A model generated the notes under the pieces. That model saw only the letters and a list, made by a program, of their open reading frames with translations. It made no database searches and was not told the DNA's origin. DNA of 64,000 nt from an uncultured Chloroflexia bacterium (GTDB lineage Bacteria > Chloroflexota > Limnocylindria > Limnocylindrales > CSP1-4): NCBI GenBank assembly GCA_963748625.1, contig CAVVJT010000008.1, forward strand, positions 78,792-142,791, read 5' to 3'. How positions within the stretch are numbered: the stretch's first letter is position 1; every line of letters begins with the position of its first letter. The position numbers and the translations under genes were made by a program. This document shows, piece by piece, positions 20,671-34,097 of this stretch.

Positions 20671-21639
20671 ATGAAGCGCTGGCATCGCGTCGTGCTCGTC
20701 ATCCTCGCCATCCTCGCGATCGACGTCATCGCCTACATCGTGTTCCCGCCCTTCGACCCGATCAACACCGACGCGGTCGAGTGCGTCTACCCGGTCTGCT
20801 TCATCAACGGCAACCTCGAGCTGCCGGCTCCCCACGTGGTCTTCCCACCGGGCCACCACAGCCCGCCGGGCCTCGTGGTGTTCGACGTCAGCATCTCGTC
20901 CACGCTCCTCACCCTGTGGATCGTGGCCGTCGTCGTGATCGTCGCGTTCTGGCTCTCGGCGCGGAAGGCCAGGATGATCCCCAGCAGGCGCCAGAACATC
21001 GTCGAGTGGATCTTCGAGTCCGTCGCGAACTTCGGCATGTCGATCGGCGGCCCGGGCGCCAAGCCCTACATCCCGCTGTTCGTCGCGTTCTTCCTGCTGA
21101 TCCTGTTCAGCAACTGGTCGGGCCTGATCCCGGGTGTCGGCCGCGTGATCTGGTTCCGCGCCCCCACCTCGGACGTCAACGTCACCATCGGCCTCGCCCT
21201 CGTCGCCTTCGTCTTCTTCCAGGTCCAGGGCTTCAAGCACCTGGGCTTCGGGTACCTCGGCAAGTTCTTCCCGCTGTACGAGTTCAAGAAGGGCATCGGC
21301 GCGGGCCTGATCGCCATGTTCGTGGGCATCGTCGAGCTCCTGCTGGAGTTCGTGAAGCCGGTCACGCTGTCAATGCGACTCTTCGGCAACATCTACGGCG
21401 GCGAGGTGGCGCTGGGCGTCCTGACCGCGCTCACCGTTGCCCTCATCCCCCTCGCGATGTACGCCCTCGAGGTCATGCTGAACCTCGTCCAGGCGCTCAT
21501 CTTCAGCACGCTCACGCTCATGTTCACCCTGGCGGCGATCGAGCATCACTCCGATGACGCGCACGAGAGCCACGGGGAGCCCACGGAGCCCGTCGCCTGG
21601 CCGGTCGATCCGGACCAGGTCGTCGGCGCGGCTCACTGA
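20671..21639 (+). CDS. atpB: F0F1 ATP synthase subunit a
   Basis: PSRRQNIVE, RAPTSDVN, LSMRLFGNIYGGE and VQALIF. Confidence 0.95.
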   Translation: MKRWHRVVLVILAILAIDVIAYIVFPPFDPINTDAVECVYPVCFINGNLELPAPHVVFPPGHHSPPGLVVFDVSISSTLLTLWIVAVVVIVAFWLSARKARMIPSRRQNIVEWIFESVANFGMSIGGPGAKPYIPLFVAFFLLILFSNWSGLIPGVGRVIWFRAPTSDVNVTIGLALVAFVFFQVQGFKHLGFGYLGKFFPLYEFKKGIGAGLIAMFVGIVELLLEFVKPVTLSMRLFGNIYGGEVALGVLTALTVALIPLAMYALEVMLNLVQALIFSTLTLMFTLAAIEHHSDDAHESHGEPTEPVAWPVDPDQVVGAAH

Positions 21640-21695
21640 TCAACTTCGGCACCTGAACCCGGCCAACCCCCGGGTCGCATGGAGGGTTTCTCGCA

Positions 21696-21914
21696 ATGGA
21701 CCTCGGACCTCTCGGCGCCGGCATCGCCGCTCTTGGCGTTCTTGGCCCCGGCATCGGCATCGGCATCCTCGCCGGCATGTCGAGCAGCGCGATCGGGCGC
21801 AACCCTGACGCTGCCGGCCAGATCCGCGGCCTGGCGATCATCCTCGCGGCGTTCGCCGAGGGCCTTGGCGTGCTCGCGATCGTCGTCGGCCTCCTCGCGA
21901 TCTTCGCGGCGTAG
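21696..21914 (+). CDS. atpE: F0F1 ATP synthase subunit c (H+-type)
   Basis: GPGIGIG, GRNP and FAEGL. Lacks the Q...ES/T Na+ signature. Confidence 0.95.
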   Translation: MDLGPLGAGIAALGVLGPGIGIGILAGMSSSAIGRNPDAAGQIRGLAIILAAFAEGLGVLAIVVGLLAIFAA

Positions 21915-21922
21915 TCCAGGCC

Positions 21923-22501
21923 GTGGACATCCTCACCCTGGTCCGGGACGGCGTCCGACAGGTCGTCGTGCTCGCAGCTGAGGAGGGCGGCGAGGCGGCC
22001 GCGGAGCCGTTCCAGATCAACGTGTTCTGGATCATCGTCGCGGCGACGACGTTCATCCTGTTCTTCGTCCTGATCCGTGAGTTCGCCCTCGCTGGTCTGC
22101 AGAAGACCCTTGACGAGCGCGCAGAGCGCATCGAGCAGGGCCTCAAGGACGCGGAGCAGGCCCGTCGTGACCGCGAGTCGGCCGAGCAGGAGCGGCTTGT
22201 CGCCCTGCAGGAGGCCCGCCGGGAGGCGAACGAGATCATCAACCGCGCCCAGAAGGTCGCTGCCGACGCACGCGAGCTCGATATGGCGGCAACCCGCGAG
22301 GAGCTTGCCCGCCTGAAGGAGCGCGCGTCCGCGGAGATCGAGGCCGAGAAGCAGCGGGCGATCGCGGAGCTGCGAGGCGAGGTCACCGACCTTGCCCTCA
22401 AGGCCGCCGGTCGCGTGGTCGGTGAGGAGATGACCTCCGACCGCCAGCGCAAGCTGGTCGCCGACTTCCTGGCCGAAACCGCGGCCAGCTCGAGGAACTG
22501 A
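21923..22501 (+). CDS. atpF: F0F1 ATP synthase subunit b
   Basis: Single TM followed by LDERAERIEQGLKDAE coiled coil, in the expected operon position. Confidence 0.93.
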   Translation: MDILTLVRDGVRQVVVLAAEEGGEAAAEPFQINVFWIIVAATTFILFFVLIREFALAGLQKTLDERAERIEQGLKDAEQARRDRESAEQERLVALQEARREANEIINRAQKVAADARELDMAATREELARLKERASAEIEAEKQRAIAELRGEVTDLALKAAGRVVGEEMTSDRQRKLVADFLAETAASSRN

Positions 22502-23052
22502 TGAGCAGGCCCGTTGCCGCCACCCGGCGCTACGCGGAGGCCGCCTTCCAGGTGGCCCTCGCGGAGAGCTCGCTCGACCGCTGGCAGGCGGATCTCGCCA
22601 CAGCGGCCGACATGCTCGCGCGCCCCGAGGTCGAGCAGGCCGTCACCAGCCCCGCCATTCCCCTCGTCCAGCGCCAGGCCGTGGTGTCCGCGCTCCTGGA
22701 GAGCCGGATCTCCCCCGCGGCGCTGCGGCTCGTCAACCTTCTTGTCAGCCGCGGGCGGGGCGATGCGCTCCCCGGCGTCAGCGAGGAGTACAACCGCCAG
22801 CTCAACGCCCACCGCGGTGTGGTGGAGGCCACGGTCACCAGTGCCGTGCCGCTCACCGCGGACGAGACCGCCGCGATCCGGAGCCGGGTCGAGGCGATGG
22901 CCGGGGCAAAGATCGACCTCACGCAAGCGGTCGATCCCAGCCTGATCGGCGGCCTGACCATCCAGGTCCGCGACCGGCTCCTCGACGCCTCGATCCGTGG
23001 CCGCCTGGAGCGGCTGCGGGACCAGCTCAACAGCGGGGGACGCCTCCGCTAG
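22501..23052 (+). CDS. atpH: F0F1 ATP synthase subunit delta
   Basis: [21 protein letters not shown] and [11 protein letters not shown]. Confidence 0.95.
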   Translation: MSRPVAATRRYAEAAFQVALAESSLDRWQADLATAADMLARPEVEQAVTSPAIPLVQRQAVVSALLESRISPAALRLVNLLVSRGRGDALPGVSEEYNRQLNAHRGVVEATVTSAVPLTADETAAIRSRVEAMAGAKIDLTQAVDPSLIGGLTIQVRDRLLDASIRGRLERLRDQLNSGGRLR

Positions 23053-23125
23053 CCCCCGCCACGCGTCGGCTCCAGCCGGCGCGAATGGGAGCCTGCGAAC
23101 GTCCGATCGCCCGAACGGAGACGCC

Positions 23126-24658
23126 ATGGCCATCCGGTCAGACGAGATCATCAGCATCATCAAGAGCCAGATCGAGGACTTCGACGGCGCCACCGAGACC
23201 CGGAGTGTCGGGACGGTCGTCGAGGTCGGTGACGGCATCGCCCAGATCTACGGCCTGGACGCGGCCCTGTCGTCCGAGCTGCTCGAGTTCCCCGGCGGGG
23301 TGATGGGCATGGCCCTCAACCTTGCGGAGGAGACGGTCGGCGCGGTCATCCTGGGTGACGCGACCCACATCAAGGAAGGCGACCGCGTCCGGACCACGGG
23401 CCGCGTCGTCGAGGTCCCCGTCGGCGAGGCCCTGCTGGGCCGCGTCGTGGATCCGCTCGGCCGCCCGCTTGACGGCAAGGGCGAGATCAAGGCGACCCGC
23501 ACCCGCCCGGTGGAGCGCATCGCGCCCGGCGTCATCACGCGCAAGTCGGTCGACACGCCGGTGCAGACCGGCCTCAAGGCCGTCGACGCGCTGATCCCGA
23601 TCGGCCGCGGCCAGCGCGAGCTCATCATCGGCGACCGCCAGACCGGCAAGACCGCCGTGGCGCTCGACACGATCATCAACCAGAAGGGCGGCGACCTCGT
23701 CTGCATCTACGTGGCCATCGGCCAGAAGATGTCGACCGTCGCCCAGACCGTCGCGACGCTCGAGAAGTACGGCGCGATGGAGCACACCATCGTGGTCGTG
23801 GCAGGTGCCGAGGACCCGGCTCCGCTCCAGTACCTCGCCCCGTACTCCGGCGTGGCGATGGGCGAGGAGGTCATGGAGGCCGGCGTCGAGATCGGCGGCC
23901 GGCTCATCAAGGACGCGCTGTGCGTCTACGACGACCTCAGCAAGCACGCCTGGGCGTATCGCGAGATGGCCCTGCTCCTCCGCCGGCCGCCCGGCCGCGA
24001 GGCGTACCCCGGCGACGTCTTCTACCTCCACAGCCGCCTCCTCGAGCGGGCCGCGCGCCTGTCCGACGAGAACGGCGGTGGCTCGCTCACCGCGCTGCCC
24101 ATCATCGAGACGCAGGCGAACGATGTGTCCGCCTACATCCCGACGAACGTGATCTCGATCACGGACGGCCAGATCTTCCTCGAGACCGACCTGTTCAACG
24201 CCGGCCAGCGGCCCGCCATGAACATCGGCATCTCGGTCTCGCGCGTGGGTTCCGCGGCGCAGACCAAGGCGATGAAGAAGGTCGCAGGCCCGCTCAAGCT
24301 GGACCTCGCGCAGTACCGCGCCCTTGCGGCCTTCGCGCAGTTCGCAAGCGACCTGGACAAGGCCACGCGCGACCAGCTCAACCGCGGCGAGAAACTCTCC
24401 GAGATCATCAAGCAGCCGCAGTACCAGCCGCTCCCGGTCGAGAAGCAGGTCGCGATCCTCGTGGCCGCCACCACTGGCAAGCTCGACGACATCCCCACCC
24501 CCAAGGTGAAGGAGTTCGAGATCGGCCTGTACCGCTTCCTCGAGACCGAGCGGCCGGCGATCCTCACGGACCTCGCCGCGTCGAAGGCACTGTCCGACGA
24601 CATCTCGGCAGCCCTCAACGAGGCCATCGACGCCTTCCGCCTGTCGTTCATGGCGTAA
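23126..24658 (+). CDS. atpA: F0F1 ATP synthase subunit alpha
   Basis: [17 protein letters not shown] and [23 protein letters not shown]. Confidence 0.98.
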   Translation: MAIRSDEIISIIKSQIEDFDGATETRSVGTVVEVGDGIAQIYGLDAALSSELLEFPGGVMGMALNLAEETVGAVILGDATHIKEGDRVRTTGRVVEVPVGEALLGRVVDPLGRPLDGKGEIKATRTRPVERIAPGVITRKSVDTPVQTGLKAVDALIPIGRGQRELIIGDRQTGKTAVALDTIINQKGGDLVCIYVAIGQKMSTVAQTVATLEKYGAMEHTIVVVAGAEDPAPLQYLAPYSGVAMGEEVMEAGVEIGGRLIKDALCVYDDLSKHAWAYREMALLLRRPPGREAYPGDVFYLHSRLLERAARLSDENGGGSLTALPIIETQANDVSAYIPTNVISITDGQIFLETDLFNAGQRPAMNIGISVSRVGSAAQTKAMKKVAGPLKLDLAQYRALAAFAQFASDLDKATRDQLNRGEKLSEIIKQPQYQPLPVEKQVAILVAATTGKLDDIPTPKVKEFEIGLYRFLETERPAILTDLAASKALSDDISAALNEAIDAFRLSFMA

Positions 24659-24673
24659 GGCGGAGGACAGGAC

Positions 24674-26976
<2,303 letters not shown>

Positions 26977-26978
26977 CA

Positions 26979-27230
26979 ATGACCGCTCTCGCCCGCGTGT
27001 CGTCAACCGGCCGAGCCTTCGGCATGCCGGTTGCCGGCCACGTGGGCTACGCGGTCTCCCTCTCTACCACCGAGCTCCGCGCAGGCGCAGCGCGCATTGA
27101 GCGCACCTGCTCGGTCACCGGGAATCACAACGCAGGCGGCGCAGGCCGAGCGTGCGAAGGCGGCCTAGGCGAAGCCTCCAGCCGCCCTGAGCGCGTTCGG
27201 CCGAGAGCCGCCGTGACTGGGAGCCACTGA
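26979..27230 (+). other. Palindrome-rich 250-bp insert between atpD and atpC that is also an open 83-codon frame
   Basis: Nested stems such as AACCGGC/GCCGGTT, GGCCGA/TCGGCC, GGCGGC/GCCGCC and AGGC-GAA-GCCT. ATG lies 2 nt after the atpD stop, and its TGA overlaps the atpC ATG. Confidence 0.5.
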
Positions 27231-27658
27231 TGCCGATGCAGCTGGAGATCGTGACGCCGGAGCGCCGCGTCTACGCGGACGAGGTCGACATGGTCCTCGT
27301 CCCGGGCATCGAGGGCGAGATGGGCATCCTGCCCCACCACACCCCGCTCGTGTCCCTGCTAGGCATGGGCGAGCTCAAGATCCGCAAGGGCGGCGACGAG
27401 GAGAGCTTCGCCATCGTGGGCGGGTTCCTCCAGGTTGGCCCTGACAAGGTCGTCGTGATGGCGGAGACCGCCGACATGGCGTCCGAGATCGACCTCGAGA
27501 AGGCCCAGGAGGCCCGCCGCGAGGCGGAGCGCGCCCTGGAGTCCGGGTACCACGAGGGGGCGGACCTCGCCGCCGCTCGAGCCCAGCTCCAGCAGGCCCT
27601 GTTGCGCATCCAGGTCGCCGAGCGCCGCCACCGGGAGGGCCCTCGCTCGCGGGGGTAG
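27230..27658 (+). CDS. atpC: F0F1 ATP synthase subunit epsilon
   Basis: LEIVTPER, GEMGILPHHTP and GGFLQV. Confidence 0.96.
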   Translation: MPMQLEIVTPERRVYADEVDMVLVPGIEGEMGILPHHTPLVSLLGMGELKIRKGGDEESFAIVGGFLQVGPDKVVVMAETADMASEIDLEKAQEARREAERALESGYHEGADLAAARAQLQQALLRIQVAERRHREGPRSRG

Positions 27659-27664
27659 ACACCC

Positions 27665-28996
27665 ATGGCTGACGCCCGGCCGTTCCACTGGGAGTTCGTC
27701 CCGGAGGCACCGCCCCCGGAGGCGTTCCGCATCGAGGGCGGCCGGCCGCTCCGCGGGACGGTCCAGGTCTCCGGTGCCAAGAACGCGGCCCTCAAGCTGC
27801 TTGCCGCCGCCGTCCTCACGGGCGAGCGCTGCCGCTTCGAGAACGTCCCCGAGATCGAGGACGTCCGCGTCCTGTGCGACGTCCTCACCGACCTCGGCGT
27901 TGTGGTGGACCATCCCGGGCACGGCGTCTACGAGATCGCCGCGGGTGACGTGGACTGGCTGTTCATCCCGCTCGAGGCCGCCGCCAAGATGCGCGCCTCG
28001 TTCATCCTGCTGGGCCCGCTCCTGGCCCGCTTCGGCCACGTGATCATCAGCAACCCGGGCGGCGACCGGATCGGGCGGCGGCCGGTGAACCTCCACGTGG
28101 ACGCCATGCGGGCGCTGGGCGCGGATGTCGAGTACCGCAACGGCTACTACTACGCGAAGGCGCCCGGCCGGCTGCGCGGCGGCGAGGTGACCTTCCCGTT
28201 CGTGACCGTGATGGGCACGGAGAACGCGATGCTCGCGGCCACCCTCGCCGACGGGCACACGGTCATCCGCCCGGCCGCCCAGGAGCCGGAGGTGGACGAC
28301 CTGATCGCCTTCCTCCAGGAGATGGGCGCCGATGTCGCGCGGACGGCACCCGACACGATCGAGGTCCACGGCAAGCGCCGCCTGCGCGGCGGCAGGCACA
28401 GCGTGGTCCCGGACCGCATCGAGACGGGCACGTTCATCGTTGCCGCGGCCGTCACCGGCGGCAGGCTGACCCTCGAGAACGCCGCCTGCCAGCACGTGGG
28501 CGCGCTTGTGGAGATCCTGGGCCGGGTGGGCGTCCCGGTCAGCTGCGGCGAGACCACCATCGAGGTCGATGCCACCGGCGTGCGCCCGGGCGACCTGCGC
28601 GCCTGCGACATCCAGACCGCCCCCTACCCGGGACTCGCCACCGACGTTGCCCCGCCCACCTGCGTCCTGCTGACCCAGGCCCACGGCACCAGCCACATCC
28701 ACGAGGCGGTCTTCGAGGACCGGATCGAGTGGCTGGGCGAGCTCCGCAAGCTGGGCGCGCGGATCGACATCCTCGACGCCAAGCACGCCGACATCCACGG
28801 GCCGGCCACGCTCCACGGCGGGGAGGCGTCCATCAGCGACCTTCGCGCGGGTGCCTCGCTGATCCTGGCCGCCCTGGCGGCGGACGGGGAGTCGCTGATC
28901 CACGGCGCCCACCACGTCCACCGCGGGTACGAGCACATCGACCGCAAGTTCCAGCAGCTCGGGGCGAGCATCGTCCGCACGGCGGATCGCGCCTGA
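27665..28996 (+). CDS. murA: UDP-N-acetylglucosamine 1-carboxyvinyltransferase (Asp at the Cys115 position)
   Basis: SGAKNAAL, MRASF, PGGDRIGRRPVNLH, PDRIETGT, DLRAGA and RGYE. Confidence 0.95.
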   Translation: MADARPFHWEFVPEAPPPEAFRIEGGRPLRGTVQVSGAKNAALKLLAAAVLTGERCRFENVPEIEDVRVLCDVLTDLGVVVDHPGHGVYEIAAGDVDWLFIPLEAAAKMRASFILLGPLLARFGHVIISNPGGDRIGRRPVNLHVDAMRALGADVEYRNGYYYAKAPGRLRGGEVTFPFVTVMGTENAMLAATLADGHTVIRPAAQEPEVDDLIAFLQEMGADVARTAPDTIEVHGKRRLRGGRHSVVPDRIETGTFIVAAAVTGGRLTLENAACQHVGALVEILGRVGVPVSCGETTIEVDATGVRPGDLRACDIQTAPYPGLATDVAPPTCVLLTQAHGTSHIHEAVFEDRIEWLGELRKLGARIDILDAKHADIHGPATLHGGEASISDLRAGASLILAALAADGESLIHGAHHVHRGYEHIDRKFQQLGASIVRTADRA

Positions 28997-29089
28997 GGAC
29001 CCTGCGCGCCCGCGCCAACCCGACCCATTCACGTCCCGGAGCCCGCCCGGCGGCCTCCGCGCCCCACTCGGAGTAGCATTCCCGCCGTC

Positions 29090-30088
29090 ATGAAGATTGG
29101 TATCGACCTCGGCACCGCGAACGTCATCGTCTATGTCAAAGGCAAGGGCATCGTCATCACGGAGCCCTCCGTCGTCGCGGTCGGCGAGGACAACCGCATC
29201 GTCGCCGTGGGCGAGGAAGCCCGCCAGATGATCGGGCGCACGCCCGGCAACATCCAGGCCATCCGCCCGATGAAGGACGGCGTCATCGCCGACTACGTCA
29301 TCACGGAGGCCATGCTCCGCTTCTTCATCGGGAAGGCGACGAAGGGCCGCATCGGCTTCAGCCGGCCGGAGGTCATGATCTCCGTCCCGGCAGGCGTCAC
29401 CTCGGTGGAGAAGCGTGCCGTGCGCGACGCGGCCCTCAAGGCGGGCGCCAAGGAGGCGTATCTCATCGAGGAGCCGCTGGCGGCAGCGATCGGCGCCAAC
29501 GTGCCCATCTCCGGGCCGTCGGGGAACATGATCATCGACATCGGGGGCGGCACCTCCGAGATCGCGGTCATCGCGCTGGGCGGCATCGTGGTCGCCAACA
29601 GCCTGCGCGTGGGCGGCAACAAGTTCGACGAGGCCATCGCCTCCTACATCCGCAAGAAGTACAACCTCATGGTGGGCGAGCGGACGGCGGAGGACGTGAA
29701 GATCCAGATCGGCACGGCATTGCCCCTGGAGCGCGAGCTGACCATGGAGGTCCGTGGCCGTGACCTCATCGCGGGCCTGCCGCGCACCATCCCGATCACC
29801 TCGTCCGAGGTGATGGAGGCGATCGAAGTCCCGCTCCAGCAGCTGGTGGCCGCGGTCCGCTCCGTGCTGGAGCAGACCCCGCCGGAGCTGTCCTCGGACA
29901 TCATCGACAAGGGCATGGTCATGTCGGGCGGCGGCTCGCTGCTGCGCAACATCGACAAGCTCCTCACGCAGGTGACGGGCGTCCCGTGTCACGTCGCCGA
30001 GAACTCGCTCAACTGCGTCGCCCTGGGAACCGGCCTCGCGCTGGAGCACTTCGACTTCTTCAAGAAGTCGCTCGTCCAGCAGATCTGA
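29090..30088 (+). CDS. mreB: Rod shape-determining protein MreB/Mbl
   Basis: [30 protein letters not shown] and GERTAE. Confidence 0.96.
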   Translation: MKIGIDLGTANVIVYVKGKGIVITEPSVVAVGEDNRIVAVGEEARQMIGRTPGNIQAIRPMKDGVIADYVITEAMLRFFIGKATKGRIGFSRPEVMISVPAGVTSVEKRAVRDAALKAGAKEAYLIEEPLAAAIGANVPISGPSGNMIIDIGGGTSEIAVIALGGIVVANSLRVGGNKFDEAIASYIRKKYNLMVGERTAEDVKIQIGTALPLERELTMEVRGRDLIAGLPRTIPITSSEVMEAIEVPLQQLVAAVRSVLEQTPPELSSDIIDKGMVMSGGGSLLRNIDKLLTQVTGVPCHVAENSLNCVALGTGLALEHFDFFKKSLVQQI

Positions 30089-30094
30089 GGCCGC

Positions 30095-30794
30095 GTGCGC
30101 GCCTTCGTCGACCTGCACTGCCACACGTCGGCATCGTTCGACTGCCTGGCGTCGCCGTCGTCGGTGGTGAAGGCGGCGGCCACACGTGGCCTCACGCACC
30201 TCGCGATCACCGACCACGACACGATCGACGGCGCACTGCGCGCCCGTGACGCGGCGCCCGACGGGCTGACGGTGATCGTGGGCGAGGAGGTCAGGACGGC
30301 CGACGGGGACCTCATCGCGCTGTTCCTGGAGCGGGCCGTGGCGCCGCACCGGCCGGCCGCGGAGACCATCGCGGAGGTCCGGGCCCAAGGGCGGTCTGGT
30401 GGGGATCCCGCACCCCTTCGACAAGCGCCGCGGCTCCATGCTCGTGGACCCGCGCCTCGAGGCACTCGGCGGCCTGGTCGACTGGGTCGAGGCGCACAAC
30501 GCGCGCGTGATCGGGAGGTCCGGCAACGAGCAGGCCGCGGCGTTCGCGGCGGAGCTGGGACTTCCGGGCGTCGCGGCGTCCGACGCCCATTCGGCGCTCG
30601 AGGTGGGCGTGGCCTACAACATCGTCGACGGCGACCCGTCCACGCCGGCCGGGCTGCTGGCGGCGCTGGGCTCCGTCGAACTGGTGCCGGGCCGGGCGAC
30701 CTACTTCGTGCGGCTGATCACGCCGGTGTCGAAGGCGGTCAACGCCGCGCGCGGGAACCGGCGGGTGTCCAAGCCCGCGGAGGGGGCCTCGTGA
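30095..30794 (+). CDS. PHP-domain phosphoesterase; frameshift near 30393
   Basis: DLHCHT, AITDHD and GEEV in one frame, continuing as PHPF, EAHNAR and ASDAH in ORF 30399..30794. Confidence 0.85.
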
Positions 30795-32079
30795 CGGGGC
30801 CGGACGGCGCGGGCGCGCCGGACGCGCGCGCCGGACTGACGCCGCGGGCGCCGGACCTGACGCCGCGGGCGCCGGACCTGACGCCGCGGGCGCCGGACCT
30901 GACGCCGCGGGCGCCGGACCGGACGGGCAGGACCATCGGCCGGTGGCGCCTGGCACCGGGGAGCCTGTAGCGTCCGAGTCCATGAGCACCGTGGTGGAAC
31001 CCGACGACAACGTCGACGCGATGGAACGCGTCTCGCTCTCGGCGAGGCTGCGCCAGACGAAGACCATCGTCTCGATCCTGGTCCCGCTGGCGATCATCGC
31101 CTTCTTCGTGGCGATGAACTGGACGACGCTGTCAACCGTGCCGGGCCTGATCGCGGGTGCGAACCCGCTGCTCGTGCTGGTCGCCTTCGTCGTCTTCTAC
31201 CTCGGGTTCCCGCTCCGCGGTTTCCGCTGGGCGCAGCTGCTCAGGGCGACCGGGTTCCGCATCCAGGTCCGTGACTCCACCGAGATCCTGTACCTCTCGT
31301 GGCTGGTCAACTGCCTGGTGCCGGCGAAGCTGGGCGACGTCTACCGGGCCTACCTGCTGCGGATCAACAGCGACGCGTCCCTCTCTCGGACCTTCGGGAC
31401 CGTGTTCATCGAGCGCGTCCTGGACATCTTCACGATCGCGATCATGGGCATTGCCGCCGGGTACTGGAGCTTCCGCACGGGGCTGCCGCCGGAGGTCCAG
31501 GTCCTGTTCGGGGTGGCCGTGGTCGTTGTCGTCGTGCTGGCGATCGCCTTGTTCACCCTGCGCAACTTCGGCCGGTCGATCCTGGTCCGCCTCCACCTCC
31601 CGCAGCGCATTCTCGAGTTCTATGACCGCTTCGAGCAGGGTGTCTTCGGCGCGCTTGACCGACGCCAGCTGCCGGTGCTCGGGCTGGTGAGCGTCGCCAT
31701 CTGGATGACCGAGGCGCTGCGGCTGTTCTTCGTCGTCAAGGCGCTGGGCTTCCCGGACGTGGAGCTCGGGCTCTCAGGGGCCGTCTTCGTGGCCCTGATC
31801 GGCTCGCTGCTGACGGCGGTGCCCCTGTCGCCGGCCGGCCTGGGCATCGTCGAGGCCGGGGTTGTCGGGGTTCTGACGCTGGTCTACAACGTGCCGCTGC
31901 CCGAGGCCACCGCGATCGCGCTGCTGGATCGCGTGATCAGCGTGTTCTCGGTGATCGTCTTCGGCTCCATCCTCTACCTGGTCTCGGGCAAGCCACACGG
32001 CCGCGGGATCCGGGGCTGGGTGCCGGGCGCCGCAGTCCCGAGTGCGGGCGCGAGTGCGAGCGCGCCCGGCAAGACCTGA
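30791..32079 (+). CDS. Lysylphosphatidylglycerol synthase TM / flippase-like (UPF0104) membrane protein
   Basis: RGFRW, VNCLVPAKLGDVYRAY, ERVLD, PAGLGIVE and DRVIS. A GTG at 30791 joins the frame if one C is restored in the first repeat unit, otherwise the start is about 30982. Confidence 0.85.
30830..30920. repeat. 21-bp tandem repeat x4
   Basis: GCCGGACCTGACGCCGCGGGC units, the first being 1 nt short. Confidence 0.92.
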
Positions 32080-32088
32080 GCGCTGTCC

Positions 32089-33228
32089 TCAGAACAGCCG
32101 CCGCAGGCCGGGCAGGCGGCGCAGGACGAGGGCGCTGATCGCCAGTGAGGCCAGCACCGTCACGACCACCAGGATCGCCACCTTCGCGAGCGACGGCAAC
32201 GGCACGTCGACCATGAGCCAGGCCAGCGGGTACAGCACCAGCGGGTGCACGTAATAGATCCCGAACGAGTTGGCGGACAGCGTGCGCCACGCCCGGCCCG
32301 GCCAGTTCCCCCAGCGAGCGAAGGCGCCGGTGGCGGCCACCACGGCCGACAGGCAGTAGGCCGCGAAGAGGATGGCCGTGACCGCCCGCGAGCCAATGTC
32401 GTCGCCTGGACCTGCCAGCCGGAGGGCGAGGTAGGCGATCCCGGTCAGGAACGCGAGGGCGATCCAGGTCGCCGGATCGGGCCGCCAGCCGTCTGCGCGC
32501 AGCCACCCGCGGCGCTCGGCGTGGATGCCGAGTACGAAGTAGACGAGGTACATGCCGATGCGCGCGGGCTGGATCACGAACACCCATCCCAGCGGAAGCC
32601 ACGTGTCGATGCCTGCCAGCGGGGTCACCAGGACTGCCCACGCCGCCGTGAGCAGCGCAATGGAGGGGAACACCCAGCGAGCCGGGGGAGCGGGCTCCGG
32701 CGCCCAGCCCGCCAGTCGAGGGCTCAGTGCCCACGCGGCCGCGAGCAGCAGGAACAGGACCAGGAGCACCCCGAGGAACCAGTAGACGGACTGCTGGTAG
32801 GCCGGCCCCCAGAACTCGTCCGTCCAGAACGCGAGGTAGCCGATGGGGACGTCGCGCGAGAGATACCCGACGTACGTGACGAGTGGCGCGAGCACCATCA
32901 CCCCGATCACCCACGGGATGCCGATCCTCGTGACCTTCTCTCGAATGAAGCTGCCCGTACCGCGTCGGTGGAGCGATGGCAGGGCGAAGTATCCCGCGAC
33001 CAGGAACATCGTGGGCATGATGGCCACGTCGAGGGCCAGCACCAGCGTGGTCCAGCCAAGGCTCTGGTCCGGGTCGACCGCATACCACCACGCTGGGCCG
33101 TAGGCCATGTACGTGATCGAGGCGTGCAGGACGACCACCAGGACGATCGCGAAGGCGCGGAGATTGTCCAGGAAGAAGAGGCGGGACTGAGCGGCGTCGG
33201 GTGAGCCGGGCTGGGAGGTCACAGGCAC
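32089..33228 (-). CDS. Acyltransferase-3 (OpgC/MdoC-like) membrane acyltransferase
   Basis: RLFFLDNLRAFAIVLVVVLH, MPTMFLVAGYF, YWFLGVL and SFGIYYVH. Start approximate. Confidence 0.88.
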   Translation of the reverse strand: MPVTSQPGSPDAAQSRLFFLDNLRAFAIVLVVVLHASITYMAYGPAWWYAVDPDQSLGWTTLVLALDVAIMPTMFLVAGYFALPSLHRRGTGSFIREKVTRIGIPWVIGVMVLAPLVTYVGYLSRDVPIGYLAFWTDEFWGPAYQQSVYWFLGVLLVLFLLLAAAWALSPRLAGWAPEPAPPARWVFPSIALLTAAWAVLVTPLAGIDTWLPLGWVFVIQPARIGMYLVYFVLGIHAERRGWLRADGWRPDPATWIALAFLTGIAYLALRLAGPGDDIGSRAVTAILFAAYCLSAVVAATGAFARWGNWPGRAWRTLSANSFGIYYVHPLVLYPLAWLMVDVPLPSLAKVAILVVVTVLASLAISALVLRRLPGLRRLF

Positions 33229-33548
33229 AGGGTGCCCTCGGCGATCGGACTCCAGACAGGGCCGCGTGGATGCGCGTGGCGGGTTGAGTGGATGTCGTCG
33301 TCGGGCCGGGTGGCCCGAGGATCGCAGTCCGCCGGACGCGCCGGCCTCCCCGCCGGTGGGGGGTCCGGCCCCCGGGTACACCACTCGGGTCATGACAGAC
33401 CGCACGTGACCACACCGGACAGCCCACCTCGTGTCGGCATAGGTGCACCGCCCCCCGGTACCTATAGGTGATCGCGCGCACCGCCCCCGAACTCGATGCT
33501 TCACCTGTCCCGCGCATCAGGCTCGCGGTTGACTAGCCAAGGCAGAGC

Positions 33549-34097
33549 ATGACCACTGAGAACGCCCGGGCATTCAATGAGTGGCTCCGGGCCCAGCTCA
33601 AGGCCAAGAAGATGTCGCAGCGTCAGCTGGCGCAGGCGTCGGGTGTCGATCACTCGACGATCTCGCGGCTGATCCGTGGTGACCGCATGCCGAGCCTGGG
33701 CACGGCAACGAAACTGGCTCGCGGGCTCCGCGAGATCCGTGAGGACAGCGACGCGCCCGCGGCACTGGGTGTCGTGACGTCCGGGCCGCAGAACCCAACG
33801 GCCCGTGTCGAGTACGCGCTCCGCGCCGACGAGACCCTCACGGAGCCGCAAGTCCGCCAGATCATGGAGTACTACCTCGCGGTCCGGGTCCGCCGGTTCG
33901 CACGGACGTACGCACCGATGGGCGCCGCCGAACCAGGCGTCGCTGGGACCACACATGCCGGCGGTGTCTACGGACGCCAGGCCGGAATGATCGGGAGTAG
34001 CGTCGGCACGCCAACGGCGGTCCGAGCTGCATCTCCTGCGCGCTATGCCGCGCCGCGGCCCGCGGTTCGGCCCTCGAGGGCGCCTGGGCGCCCTTGA
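33549..34097 (+). CDS. XRE-family HTH transcriptional regulator
   Basis: FNEWLRAQLKAKKMSQRQLAQASGVDHSTISRLIRGDRMPS. Confidence 0.88.
   Translation: MTTENARAFNEWLRAQLKAKKMSQRQLAQASGVDHSTISRLIRGDRMPSLGTATKLARGLREIREDSDAPAALGVVTSGPQNPTARVEYALRADETLTEPQVRQIMEYYLAVRVRRFARTYAPMGAAEPGVAGTTHAGGVYGRQAGMIGSSVGTPTAVRAASPARYAAPRPAVRPSRAPGRP

Noticed and set aside
21696-21914. Na+-translocating ATP synthase
   Set aside because: The c subunit has PGIGIG and AEGL, lacking the Gln and Ser/Thr Na+ ligands.
27359-30526. Long antisense ORFs (this 1055-aa one, also 61360..63906, 41352..43808, 42..1475)
   Set aside because: These are shadow frames of high-GC3 genes on the opposite strand, with no recognisable motifs.
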